DNA from: Ignavibacteriota bacterium
GTDB lineage: Bacteria; Bacteroidota; Ignavibacteria; UBA10030
Length of the DNA: 64,000 bases
Direction: 5' to 3'
NCBI GenBank assembly: GCA_963701295.1
Contig: OY969585.1
Location: 704,001-768,000 of the forward strand
Part shown: positions 21,352 through 30,577 of the stretch, in pieces
How positions within the stretch are numbered: position 1 is the stretch's first letter
How the letters are laid out: the number at the start of each line of letters is the position of its first letter
Made by a program: the position numbers and the translations under genes
The notes under the pieces: model-generated
The model's input: only the letters and a program-made list of their open reading frames with translations
What the model was told of the DNA's origin: nothing
Database searches by the model: none

Positions 21352-21613
21352 AGTGATACTAATAAGGTACATCAAGGTTCAGAGATTGGCAAGACGCTTA
21401 GTGAACAATAAGAAAAATCTGTTTTCAGATCTATTCTCAGGGATAAATTTAAGATGAAATGAAATTGATACTATTCTGTACAAATATCAACTGCTTATGA
21501 TATCTCGCTATTCTCTTGGTGCTAGGCTACCTATTCCGAAATATTTTGCCGCTTGTTTTGTCTCCAGGTACTCTGCCGTGAATTGCTTAATGAGCTTACG
21601 GATTTTGAACCCA

Positions 21614-23941
21614 TCAGTTTTTTTTAACCTTCCTTTGTTCTTTCCAGTGGAGAAGATTTAACACATTGCAATACTGATATCTGTTAGGATCTAATATTGA
21701 GCGCCATAAGGGAAATTCTGTATATGGATAATTATCGGTGATAATCGGTACATCCTGAAGGTACTCAGCAAGTTCGGTCTCATTCAATATGAAAAGGTCT
21801 GCTAACGCATCGCCAGAGTAAACAGATTTGTCCCATTCATTTATATCTTCCAGAAATTTCTTGTTTTCGAACGCCTGATGAAAGCGATCAAGTGGTACCT
21901 GGACCGGCTTTTGAGTACCAATTAAATAAAAGCCATTGCACACAGGCCCTTTCCACAGTGACGTATGAGGAAACACGCTTTGGAACGTTTTCATAATCAT
22001 ACGTACTTCAGTATAGTGCGCTTCCGGGACCCACAGGCAAAGAGTGCCGTTCGAATCAAGATGGTCCTTGCATAACGCGATAAACTCCCGTGAATAGAGA
22101 TTCACCGTTCCTGCGCTGTAAATGGGAGGAGCCGGATCGATAGTAATGACGCTATACGACTTATCACGCATGAGTAAATAATTTCGTCCGTCACCCACAA
22201 CATGATTTACCCGGGGGTTTTTCAAAATCTCAGGTCCATCCCGATGGTAGAACTCATAGGCATCATATGTATCGGGGACCAATTCTACAACATCTATAGT
22301 AAGATTCTCATGGACGAAAGCCGATCGAAGCGTGGTCCCCATTCCGAAACACACAATGAGAACATCTTTAGGCTTTTCGGTCAGAAGAATCGGAATGTGT
22401 GCCATGAGTTTTGTATCAGTTACGAGTATGGTCATACCATACCCATTAATCCATAATTGCTTCCATAATGGATATTGTAATGACCCAAACGCAGTTACGG
22501 TTGCCGCTACGCTTTCTCTGTGCAGATAAATAATTCCATCATCACCGAACATTTTTTTAATTCGCTGTTTGGTAATTTGATAGAACGGATCATGAACAAT
22601 TTGTGCTGCTAGGAGTGTGCAGATAATCCCGGCAATGGCAAAGGAAAGTCGGCGTGTATTGCGATATGTTCGTGTGCTGGTGAGAAGCAATGTTATTCCC
22701 ACGAGGAGATTGATCCCAGATAACACCAATATCGTTAGTGCAGAACCTAATACTGGAATAAATATAAACCCGCACACAAGGGAACCAAGAATACATCCTA
22801 CTGTATTGACTGAATAAATCTGGCCTATCGATTTGCCGATACTTTCCTCGCTTTTTGTAAAACATCGTGCAACCGTCGGGAAAAGTATCCCAAGACAAAT
22901 TGTAACGGGAAAAATGAGTACGCTCGCCGCCAATACTCCACTGAGATTTTTCTTGTCGATAGGGACAAGCAGTAGCAGTCCGAGTACAGCGAAAAACGCT
23001 ATCACTATTTCAAGGATAGCAAATAAATACACTGGGTCTTCCAAACGATCTACAAATTTCCTTCCCCATAAACTACCCAGCGCGATACCGATCAGATAGA
23101 TACTTAACATTGCGCTAAAAGCATATATCGATGTTTCGAGAAAGAGCGGAAGTATACGTGTCCAAACCACCTCGTACCCGAGAGCAACGAATCCGCTGAC
23201 AGCAAAAGCTATCATAACGACTAATCTGACACGATTAGAATATGGAGATATCACAGCCTCCCCTGCCATCTGTTGAGGGACGGTTTGTTTCACCTTTGCT
23301 GGTATGGATCGGACAGATACTTGTTTTCGGTTCAAGTAGAATGCGACGGAGGCTGCATACAGATTTCCTCCTATACCAATAAGGATTGTATTGAATTCGC
23401 CCAGATGGCCGATAAAAAAAAATCCGCTTCCGAGGACTCCGATAAGTGCACCCAGAGTATTTATTCCATACAGAGTTCCTATCAGATTCCCAAATTGTGA
23501 CTTTTCACGTGCGAGGAAACCACTTAAGACCGGCAACGTTCCCCCCATTAACGTCGTAGGAACGATAAGACAGAGAAAGACGATGCATGTACGGACGATC
23601 GAAAGTGTAGATTCATTGGTGAGACTATATACCCATCGATAAACTGGTACGAGCAATTCAAATATAAAAGGCATGGCGAAAGCAGACAGGGCAATTCCGA
23701 GTTCAAGAAATGCATATAAGCGCAGCAAACGTGGCGAACGATCCATATATTTTCCCAGCGTATAGCTTCCCAATGCCAGACCTGCCATGAACGATCCCAG
23801 AATGGTTGACGTTGCATAGACAGTACAGCCAAGCACTCGGATAAGAATTCTAAGCCAAACCACCTCGTATATGAGCGCGCTCATACCAGAAAGGAAAAAT
23901 ATAAAAAAAATGGATTTTGGTCGCTTGCTTTCTATTCCCAT
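21614..23941 (-). CDS. Fused membrane (MFS-like) / spermidine-synthase-like SAM-binding protein
   Basis: SG..ALIYEVVW.R repeated twice, LY..NTLGA; C-terminal VLIVCFGMGTT, VEL, GDGRNYL, DP.P, TDNYP..EF. Confidence 0.85.
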   Translation of the reverse strand: MGIESKRPKSIFFIFFLSGMSALIYEVVWLRILIRVLGCTVYATSTILGSFMAGLALGSYTLGKYMDRSPRLLRLYAFLELGIALSAFAMPFIFELLVPVYRWVYSLTNESTLSIVRTCIVFLCLIVPTTLMGGTLPVLSGFLAREKSQFGNLIGTLYGINTLGALIGVLGSGFFFIGHLGEFNTILIGIGGNLYAASVAFYLNRKQVSVRSIPAKVKQTVPQQMAGEAVISPYSNRVRLVVMIAFAVSGFVALGYEVVWTRILPLFLETSIYAFSAMLSIYLIGIALGSLWGRKFVDRLEDPVYLFAILEIVIAFFAVLGLLLLVPIDKKNLSGVLAASVLIFPVTICLGILFPTVARCFTKSEESIGKSIGQIYSVNTVGCILGSLVCGFIFIPVLGSALTILVLSGINLLVGITLLLTSTRTYRNTRRLSFAIAGIICTLLAAQIVHDPFYQITKQRIKKMFGDDGIIYLHRESVAATVTAFGSLQYPLWKQLWINGYGMTILVTDTKLMAHIPILLTEKPKDVLIVCFGMGTTLRSAFVHENLTIDVVELVPDTYDAYEFYHRDGPEILKNPRVNHVVGDGRNYLLMRDKSYSVITIDPAPPIYSAGTVNLYSREFIALCKDHLDSNGTLCLWVPEAHYTEVRMIMKTFQSVFPHTSLWKGPVCNGFYLIGTQKPVQVPLDRFHQAFENKKFLEDINEWDKSVYSGDALADLFILNETELAEYLQDVPIITDNYPYTEFPLWRSILDPNRYQYCNVLNLLHWKEQRKVKKN

Positions 23942-24040
23942 AATCTTTTCTTCCTCATTTCTTACCACGATGTTATGTGCATTGTGCTTGAAGGTACATA
24001 ATAAAACCATCAGTTAAAATGGTTTTGAGCTTTTACAAAC

Positions 24041-24075
24041 AAAAAAAAATCCGGCGACCACTTCTGGCACGCCGG
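24041..24075 (-). terminator. Intrinsic terminator after the PDZ gene
   Basis: CCGGCG...CGCCGG stem next to an A9 run, which is a U-tract on the minus strand. Confidence 0.7.
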
Positions 24076-24111
24076 GCATTTTTTCCAAAAAGATGAATCG
24101 AAAAGTAAAAT

Positions 24112-25108
24112 CTACAATGTCACCTGCTCGGGCAATGGTAGTGTAAACCGTTGAACCTGCTTTTGAATCTCATGCTCCCAGCCATTGAAATTCTTGGTCG
24201 ACCTTTCAAGCTCTTTTTGTACCTGATCTATTTCAGGTTGAAGTTCGTCCATCTCTAGACGCATTTCTGCATCATCGAATGGGTCCATTCGGAATATTCG
24301 AATATGGGGTCTTCGTAAAAAGAAATTTTTCTGGATACATGGTTGTTCTTCCATTTCCACATTCAGTATTATCTTTGCGCTTTTTCGCTTGACTTCAAAC
24401 TTCACCGTATCGCCCTCATTGGATTTTTGAAGTTCTTTCTGGATTTTTTCCACTGCATCTACTGTTTTTCCCCCAACACGGATAACGATGTCGCCTGCTT
24501 TGAATCCCGCTTTTTCAGCAGTACCTCTTATGTTCCACTTCCTCCACCAACACTCCTTCGTTATTCGGTGTGCCGAAGTATTCCCCAAGCTGTTCGTTGA
24601 GTGCAAGAAGCTGCAACCCGAGAATGCGATTACCTGCAAAGACATGGACATCAGGTATATTAGGCATTCCGCCGAATATGCAATGCTGCGATTCTTTTTT
24701 CTTACCGACTGTCAAATGAAGCGTTTTCTTTTCGCCTTCGCGGACGATAACGAGGCTTACCTTGGTTTCAGGCAAAGTTCGATGCACTACTTTGACCAAA
24801 TCATCTGAGTCAAATATCTTTTTTTCATTAAACTCAATTATAACATCACACTCCTGAATTCCCGCGGAGTCTGCTGGACTGTCTTCAAAAACTTCATTTA
24901 CATATGCTCCCTCTTCAGAATCGAGCTTTGCCTTTCGAACAACCTTCTCATTTACATCTTGGACCGTGACTCCGATCCAACCTGATATCTTCATCTTTTC
25001 TTTCTTTTGCGCCCCACCTGAAAGCCTGCCACTTGCACTCAGCATAGTACCCGTTGTTAGAAGGAGCACTACCGATATACACCCCATCATCCGTAACATT
25101 GTTCTCAT
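24112..25108 (-). pseudogene. Secreted two-PDZ-domain protein, frameshifted near 24525
   Basis: Signal peptide, GWIGV..EDSPADSAGI..DVI (PDZ1) and LGLQL..GVLVEEV / AEKAGFKAGDIV (PDZ2) split over two frames; removing one G from AAGAGGTACT restores K-S-T-A-E-K. Confidence 0.8.
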
Positions 25109-25178
25109 GACCGTCTATCCTTTCAATGGTAAGATACGTTCTTATATAACATTGAATCTTTCTATCAGCTCAATTTTA

Positions 25179-25206
25179 TAGACGGCACATTGTACAGAAT
25201 TGTTCC
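25179..25206 (-). promoter_or_regulatory. Candidate ECF-sigma promoter of the PDZ gene
   Basis: Minus strand GGAAC-N17-CGTCTA, about 70 nt upstream of the ATG. Confidence 0.5.
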
Positions 25207-25436
25207 CAATGAAGAGTGGATGCGGAAAATAATAAAGAGATAGGCAGCAATACAGCGAAGTCTAAAAAGGTTCCGCTCATCTTAAGTGAAAAATATTCGC
25301 GAGACGGTACAAGAAACATTTTGCCTTCCTCAGACTTTAACCCTAGAAATCCGGATCCTTGTGATTCTAACATATCGATAGCTGCCACAAAATATTTCTG
25401 TTTTATTCCTTGGAGTAATTTGTTACTGGTTTTTTC

Positions 25437-27212
25437 TTACACATGGAGTTTACTTTTAATTTCCTTAAGAAGACCATCGGGGATGATTATTCCTTGCTTT
25501 ACCGCTAATTGACATATGGTCCATGCTTTTACAAATTCGCCCTGTTCATAATACAAATACGTAAGATTGAAATAGACGATGTCAAACGAAGGGTTCAGTT
25601 CCAAGGATAATAACCATTCCAATTCTGTTTGTCTATAACGATGGGCATCATAGTAGAGAATTCCAAGATTATATGGGATGTTGGCGTTTTGTGGATCGAG
25701 TTTTTTTGCAAAGAGAAATAATTCTTCTGCTCTCAAAAAGAAGCCGCGCGCATAATTTGAGATAGCGAGTGCATGTATTAGTTCTTTATTAGACGAGTCA
25801 TTTATGAATTTAATTTCTAAAGTTTCAAGGATATCTCTGGTTCGTTTGCAATTCTTTATCGAATCCCTTGCTTCAATATCAACGACCGGCGTATTTAATG
25901 GAATTCGGTAATTTTGAATTTGTTGTTTGAGCGATAAAGGCAAACTCATTCTCTCCATTGAGCTGTACAACCACATATCATGCGGGGATGTTTCTGCAGC
26001 ATACTGCCGTAGCGTTATGAAATTTTGGAAGTGAAATGTTTGGCGATAACTTTTCCAGCAAAGAAAAACAATAATGATCCCCAATAAATACGGAATTAGT
26101 CTTTTAAATAGATGTATATTCTTTGTGAACGTAAGAGATGATAAAAGAATAACTATGCCTATCATTGGTACATAAATACGATGTTCATAATAGGGAATAT
26201 GGATTTCCACACTGTCGGAGTGATAGATAAATGTCGGGATGAGCAATAAACCGAACCAGAGGATCCCAAAGAGTATTATTTTCCAATTACGATTTTTAGA
26301 ATAAATAATTATGCTCAGAAGAAACAGAGTAGAAAGAATTCCAGGTACTATATGGATATCTGGATAAAGCGGGCCAAAAGCTAAATCAACAGGCCAGAAT
26401 ATTTTCCCCAAATAAAAGGAAACAATCCAAAGATCTGAAAACAAATTCTTCATAACTCTCAGAGGAGAAGTGAACGGAGCTATTTGAGCAGCCATGCGGA
26501 GAATATACCAGTTCACAAACACTACCATCCAAACGACGATTAATCCGATTATTTGAGTTGTAGTAGCTTTGTCTTTATGGACAAAAAAGATATAAAAGAG
26601 AAATACGAATGGAAAGACAAGCGTTGTTTCTTTCGTAAAAAGCGCAAGTGCAAAAAATAACAAATGAGCGAAGTACCACTTATACGATGATGATGACATA
26701 AATTTCAAAAAAGAAATAAAACACAATAAAATGAAAAATGCTAAAAGCGAGTCATTCCTCCCTGATATCCATGCAACGGATTGAGTAAGCGCTGGATGGA
26801 CTGTGAAGATGAAGGATAGGATGAAACTAATTGCCCTTGACACCCCAAGATTTAATAGCATAATGAAAAGGAGTAAACAAGAACCTGTGTGGAGAAGGAC
26901 ATTAATTAGAAAATGTCCCCACAGCTCTGTGCCGCTAATTTGCGTGCCGAGAATGAATGAAACATTCAACATTGGCCGATAAAGATTTCCACCTTGACCT
27001 TGATGACCAACATCTTCAAGAAATTGACGCCCGATATCGCTTAGTTCATCAATCTTCGAGTAGTTCTCTACTATTAAAAAATGATCATCGTAGTATGTAT
27101 ATTCTGAAAAGAAAATAACATGGCCGTAGAGAAGAAAAGATGATATTGCAATCCAAAGGTATGGACGCCATGATTTTATAAAGGTATCTTTTGCAATCTG
27201 GGACTTAATCAT
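25437..27212 (-). CDS. TMTC-like GT-C glycosyltransferase (putative protein O-glycosyltransferase) with C-terminal TPRs
   Basis: YDD after TM1, YRP, HP..TQSVAWISGRND, KET, EHRIYVP, TPR motif NIPYNLG. Confidence 0.82.
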   Translation of the reverse strand: MIKSQIAKDTFIKSWRPYLWIAISSFLLYGHVIFFSEYTYYDDHFLIVENYSKIDELSDIGRQFLEDVGHQGQGGNLYRPMLNVSFILGTQISGTELWGHFLINVLLHTGSCLLLFIMLLNLGVSRAISFILSFIFTVHPALTQSVAWISGRNDSLLAFFILLCFISFLKFMSSSSYKWYFAHLLFFALALFTKETTLVFPFVFLFYIFFVHKDKATTTQIIGLIVVWMVVFVNWYILRMAAQIAPFTSPLRVMKNLFSDLWIVSFYLGKIFWPVDLAFGPLYPDIHIVPGILSTLFLLSIIIYSKNRNWKIILFGILWFGLLLIPTFIYHSDSVEIHIPYYEHRIYVPMIGIVILLSSLTFTKNIHLFKRLIPYLLGIIIVFLCWKSYRQTFHFQNFITLRQYAAETSPHDMWLYSSMERMSLPLSLKQQIQNYRIPLNTPVVDIEARDSIKNCKRTRDILETLEIKFINDSSNKELIHALAISNYARGFFLRAEELFLFAKKLDPQNANIPYNLGILYYDAHRYRQTELEWLLSLELNPSFDIVYFNLTYLYYEQGEFVKAWTICQLAVKQGIIIPDGLLKEIKSKLHV

Positions 27213-27330
27213 AGATTACATTATTTATTCTTTTCTAGACTTCTGAGATATTGGTGGAATAACAGCAGTTCGTGATTGCCTTCAGAAAACACAATCGAAA
27301 GATTGGGATTACCGTTGTTAATTTGATTGT

Positions 27331-28944
27331 TCAGATATCTCTCTTTTTATAAATCGAGATCCAAAATACATGTGTTGGTTTCTTTAATAAACTATGTGTA
27401 TCTGTAATCAGTAATGTGTCTTTAATATTATTATATTCAAAACGAGCAATTATAGGATAATTTGATTTTGCAAATCTAAAAAACCATTTATCTAACTCCT
27501 CCGAACCTTTACGTTTTTTATACCATTCGGGTTCAATATTTGTATAAATGAGTAGTTTGGGAAAAGCTGATTCCACTTGACGCATCATTTCAAGACGAAA
27601 CTGTTCAGCTAAGGGTTGGTCTTCAGCAATCGAGTATGTATAAATAAATGATGTTGCAGACTTTCGCTGAGAATAAAATAGGAATTGCGGCTCATTTCCG
27701 ATGATTGCGATTCGATCTTCTTTTGAGGTTTCTTCTCGTATAATATCTGCTATTAAAGGAGAGTAAGGGAATGGATATTGTTGATATACTGTTTGTGTTA
27801 CCTCAATAGGTGAAAACTGGTAGAGGACGTCCCAGTGAGCAATGATAGTACTAAGAATTGCTATTGTGACAATAAAGACAGGTGGAAAATAGTGTACTGT
27901 TGGCAATGAAGCAGTTGAGAAAATATGGAAAATAAATCGAATTCCAATTCCAAAGAGCATGGCAACGGCAGGCAGTACTAAGACGAAATAATGCGGTCTG
28001 AAATAGAAACCGACTGAAAGAGCAACGATGCTAGCGATAGTTAATCCCAAAATGAGAATACAAGATTGTCTGCAATTTGCGGCAAAGAATAGAGTAATAA
28101 ACCCAACACCAGCTATGATCCATATGAGCTTTGTGTGTTGCCAGAGAGGGATAAAAGATGAAAAGAAATAGTATCCAATATCCATCTTTGGCACAAGTGA
28201 ACTATACTCCCTTGCATAGGTAAATGTCCATTGATAGAATTTTTCAAGAACTCCAGCGTAAGCAAGATAGGAAAGACATAGAAGTAAGGGAATAACAGCC
28301 CCTCCAAAATAAGCCAAAATGTATTTCCAATAAATTCTCTTTTCGAATGATTTGTTTTGCCATAATGAAATAAGGAGGGCTACAAATCCAAAAAGGCCGA
28401 AAAATCCACCTTGTTGTTTCACAAGGGCTGCGCAACTAAACAGGACAGCGCTGAACAGAATAAAATCTTTTCGGTTTTTTCTCAATCCCGAAAGCAAGAG
28501 AAGATTAGCACCGATGACAAAGGGTAAAATGAAATGTTCGGCATTTGCCCAAAACCCTTGAACGTGGTAGCTCATACTCAAAAGTGCAAACGCGCCAGCA
28601 GAAGCTGTCGCAACCCAATCATCATACGCTGTTCGCGTAAAAATGAAAAGAAGAATAATAGAGAGTACATTGACAAGAAGGAGACAAAAATGGATTGCGG
28701 TATGTGTCTCACCGAAAAGCCATAATATTCCGGCATAGATAAAGTAAATGCCAGGGAATTTCATATTGTATGCTTCTGCGTAAGGCGGAGTTCCACCAAG
28801 AATGAGCTGGCCCATATATGCATATTCACCTTCATCACGCTCAAGTGGAACATCTAATAATCGCACCCGAATAATCATTGTGAAAAGAATAATGAAAAAG
28901 AGGAGAATAAGGGGGAGAGGAGTATTGAATATTTTCGATCTCAT
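27331..28944 (-). CDS. ArnT/PMT-like (GT83/GT39) membrane glycosyltransferase
   Basis: PLERDEGEYAY..Q...G..PY first-loop motif, KFPG, ANAE, LVKQ, PHYF; multiple TM segments. Confidence 0.85.
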   Translation of the reverse strand: MRSKIFNTPLPLILLFFIILFTMIIRVRLLDVPLERDEGEYAYMGQLILGGTPPYAEAYNMKFPGIYFIYAGILWLFGETHTAIHFCLLLVNVLSIILLFIFTRTAYDDWVATASAGAFALLSMSYHVQGFWANAEHFILPFVIGANLLLLSGLRKNRKDFILFSAVLFSCAALVKQQGGFFGLFGFVALLISLWQNKSFEKRIYWKYILAYFGGAVIPLLLCLSYLAYAGVLEKFYQWTFTYAREYSSLVPKMDIGYYFFSSFIPLWQHTKLIWIIAGVGFITLFFAANCRQSCILILGLTIASIVALSVGFYFRPHYFVLVLPAVAMLFGIGIRFIFHIFSTASLPTVHYFPPVFIVTIAILSTIIAHWDVLYQFSPIEVTQTVYQQYPFPYSPLIADIIREETSKEDRIAIIGNEPQFLFYSQRKSATSFIYTYSIAEDQPLAEQFRLEMMRQVESAFPKLLIYTNIEPEWYKKRKGSEELDKWFFRFAKSNYPIIARFEYNNIKDTLLITDTHSLLKKPTHVFWISIYKKRDI

Positions 28945-29367
28945 AGAGAATGATTCCACTGCTGCATTACTTGATTGGATAATAATTGAATCTTATACAT
29001 TGCCTCCTTAATGTCTCTCTCAAAAAAAGCGTTGCGGACAGTTTCTCTATCATCTTCTTGGAACAATTCTCATGTGCTTCTTTGTTTCCTTAACACACTT
29101 CAAAAACAGATTTATCCTTCGGATGGAACTTCAGTTTTTAGCGGACCAAGAATTATTTATTCCATCCGACATCATTGTAGAAACATGCGTTTCGTTAGTG
29201 CTATTCCTGCAAATATTCCGTCGTTTACACTCTGCCAATATACTAAGTAGTTTAAATAGTTAAAAACAGGATTTTATGAAAGCTTAGTCAAAAAGAACAT
29301 ACTCTTTTGTTATGCCCGAATATTGGAATTAGTAGGGATAATATTTCCTTCCCAGCTTTTAGTACAT

Positions 29368-29405
29368 AAAAAAGCCCAACCATCTTCGTGCAGAAGATGG
29401 TTGGG
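29368..29405 (-). terminator. Strong intrinsic terminator after the pilin-like gene
   Basis: Perfect 13-bp stem CCCAACCATCTTC-gtgca-GAAGATGGTTGGG plus an A6 run (U-tract on the minus strand). Confidence 0.88.
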
Positions 29406-29445
29406 ACGACAGAAAAAACTTCTATGCCTTTTTCAGGTATGGAGC

Positions 29446-29829
29446 TTACTGGAAATCTGATCCTGTGAAACTCAAAGTCAATTTGCCGGTTGCATCTACA
29501 GATCCTACAACTGTGCAGCCTGAGTTTGCTATAGAAGCACCTGTAATTGTAATCGTTGTGGCAGCTGGAGTTGCAGTATATGTAGCATTAGAATTCGACG
29601 ACAGTCTTGATGGAATGTTATAGCCTGTATAAGCATTATTACCACCACCCATGGAGGATGTACGAATTCTATACTGATATGCATTTGCGGCAATATTGTT
29701 AACATCGTTAATGATAGCATCTTTGTTTGCCTGAATACTGTTTGCGGTAAACAAGCTCAATCCGACGGCAATTGCGATACCGACAATGATAACGCCGAGG
29801 ATGATAAGCAACAATTGTTGTTGTCCCAT
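29446..29829 (-). CDS. Type IV pilin-like protein (MGQQQLLL N-terminus)
   Basis: Hydrophobic N-terminal helix continuing into an amphipathic helix, then a Ser/Thr-rich predicted beta domain; GGAGG RBS; own promoter and terminator. Confidence 0.72.
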   Translation of the reverse strand: MGQQQLLLIILGVIIVGIAIAVGLSLFTANSIQANKDAIINDVNNIAANAYQYRIRTSSMGGGNNAYTGYNIPSRLSSNSNATYTATPAATTITITGASIANSGCTVVGSVDATGKLTLSFTGSDFQ

Positions 29830-29896
29830 AATGAAACCTCCAGTAAATTGTTAAGTTTAATGTGAATTATTCATTTCATTCAACGATACAATATCT

Positions 29897-29911
29897 CCAA
29901 GTTCTGTACCA
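29897..29911 (-). promoter_or_regulatory. Candidate sigma54 promoter of the pilin-like gene
   Basis: Minus strand TGGTAC-AGAAC-TTGG, ending 67 nt upstream of the ATG. Confidence 0.5.
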
Positions 29912-30125
29912 AGATTATAACATCAGATTTCAATCAACCATCCCTCTTTTCCACGTGAAAGACTATATAAAGCTCTTGAAGATGTGGAATAAATTACCTC
30001 TCACAGTCAAGATTACGTAGGACGGAATGACCACACTTTCATTTTTATTAAATATTCCCCATTTCCAAGTCCAGTTTGCTTTCCAATCTCCTCCTTCGTA
30101 TCTTGGATAGAGGAAAGAAAATGGT

Positions 30126-30506
30126 ATGGCTATAAAAAACAAAAAACATATTCTTATCATCGATGACGAGCCTACGTGGCTCAAGATTAGCTCGCATATT
30201 CTCCGAAATTGTGGTTATGATGTTCATACTGCGGGAAGTGGAAAAGAAGCACTGAAGGCACTTACTAACTATAAGCCAGACTTAATCCTCAGTGATGTGC
30301 GTATGCCAGATATGAATGGTTTTGATTTGGTGGATAACCTGAAACATATTCCGACAGCGTCTTCCACCCCTGTTATTTTTTTCTCAGCGATCGATGATTA
30401 TGATGCCCGAAAAGTGGCGCGTACTCTTGGAGCTGTTGATTATTTAGTGAAGCCATTTAATAAAGACGACGTTAGTTCTGTTCTTTCCAAGCATTTGCCC
30501 ACATAG
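30126..30506 (+). CDS. Single-domain response regulator
   Basis: IIDDE, DLILSDVRMPDMNG, YLVKPF. Confidence 0.93.
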   Translation: MAIKNKKHILIIDDEPTWLKISSHILRNCGYDVHTAGSGKEALKALTNYKPDLILSDVRMPDMNGFDLVDNLKHIPTASSTPVIFFSAIDDYDARKVARTLGAVDYLVKPFNKDDVSSVLSKHLPT

Positions 30507-30577
30507 CAAGCCTTTATAGCCTGAATTGGATTTCATGGAAGCAAAATCACGCAAAGACCATACTTCCTTTAAAAAAA

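Noticed and set aside
28941-29000. 19-aa ORF (MYKIQ...) with AAGGAGG upstream, whose stop overlaps the GT start
   Set aside because: The SD lies only 2 nt from the ATG and the peptide has no recognisable features
29446-29829. Electrically conductive (e-)pilin
   Set aside because: Only 8 aromatic residues in 127 aa, with long aromatic-free gaps, and no F1
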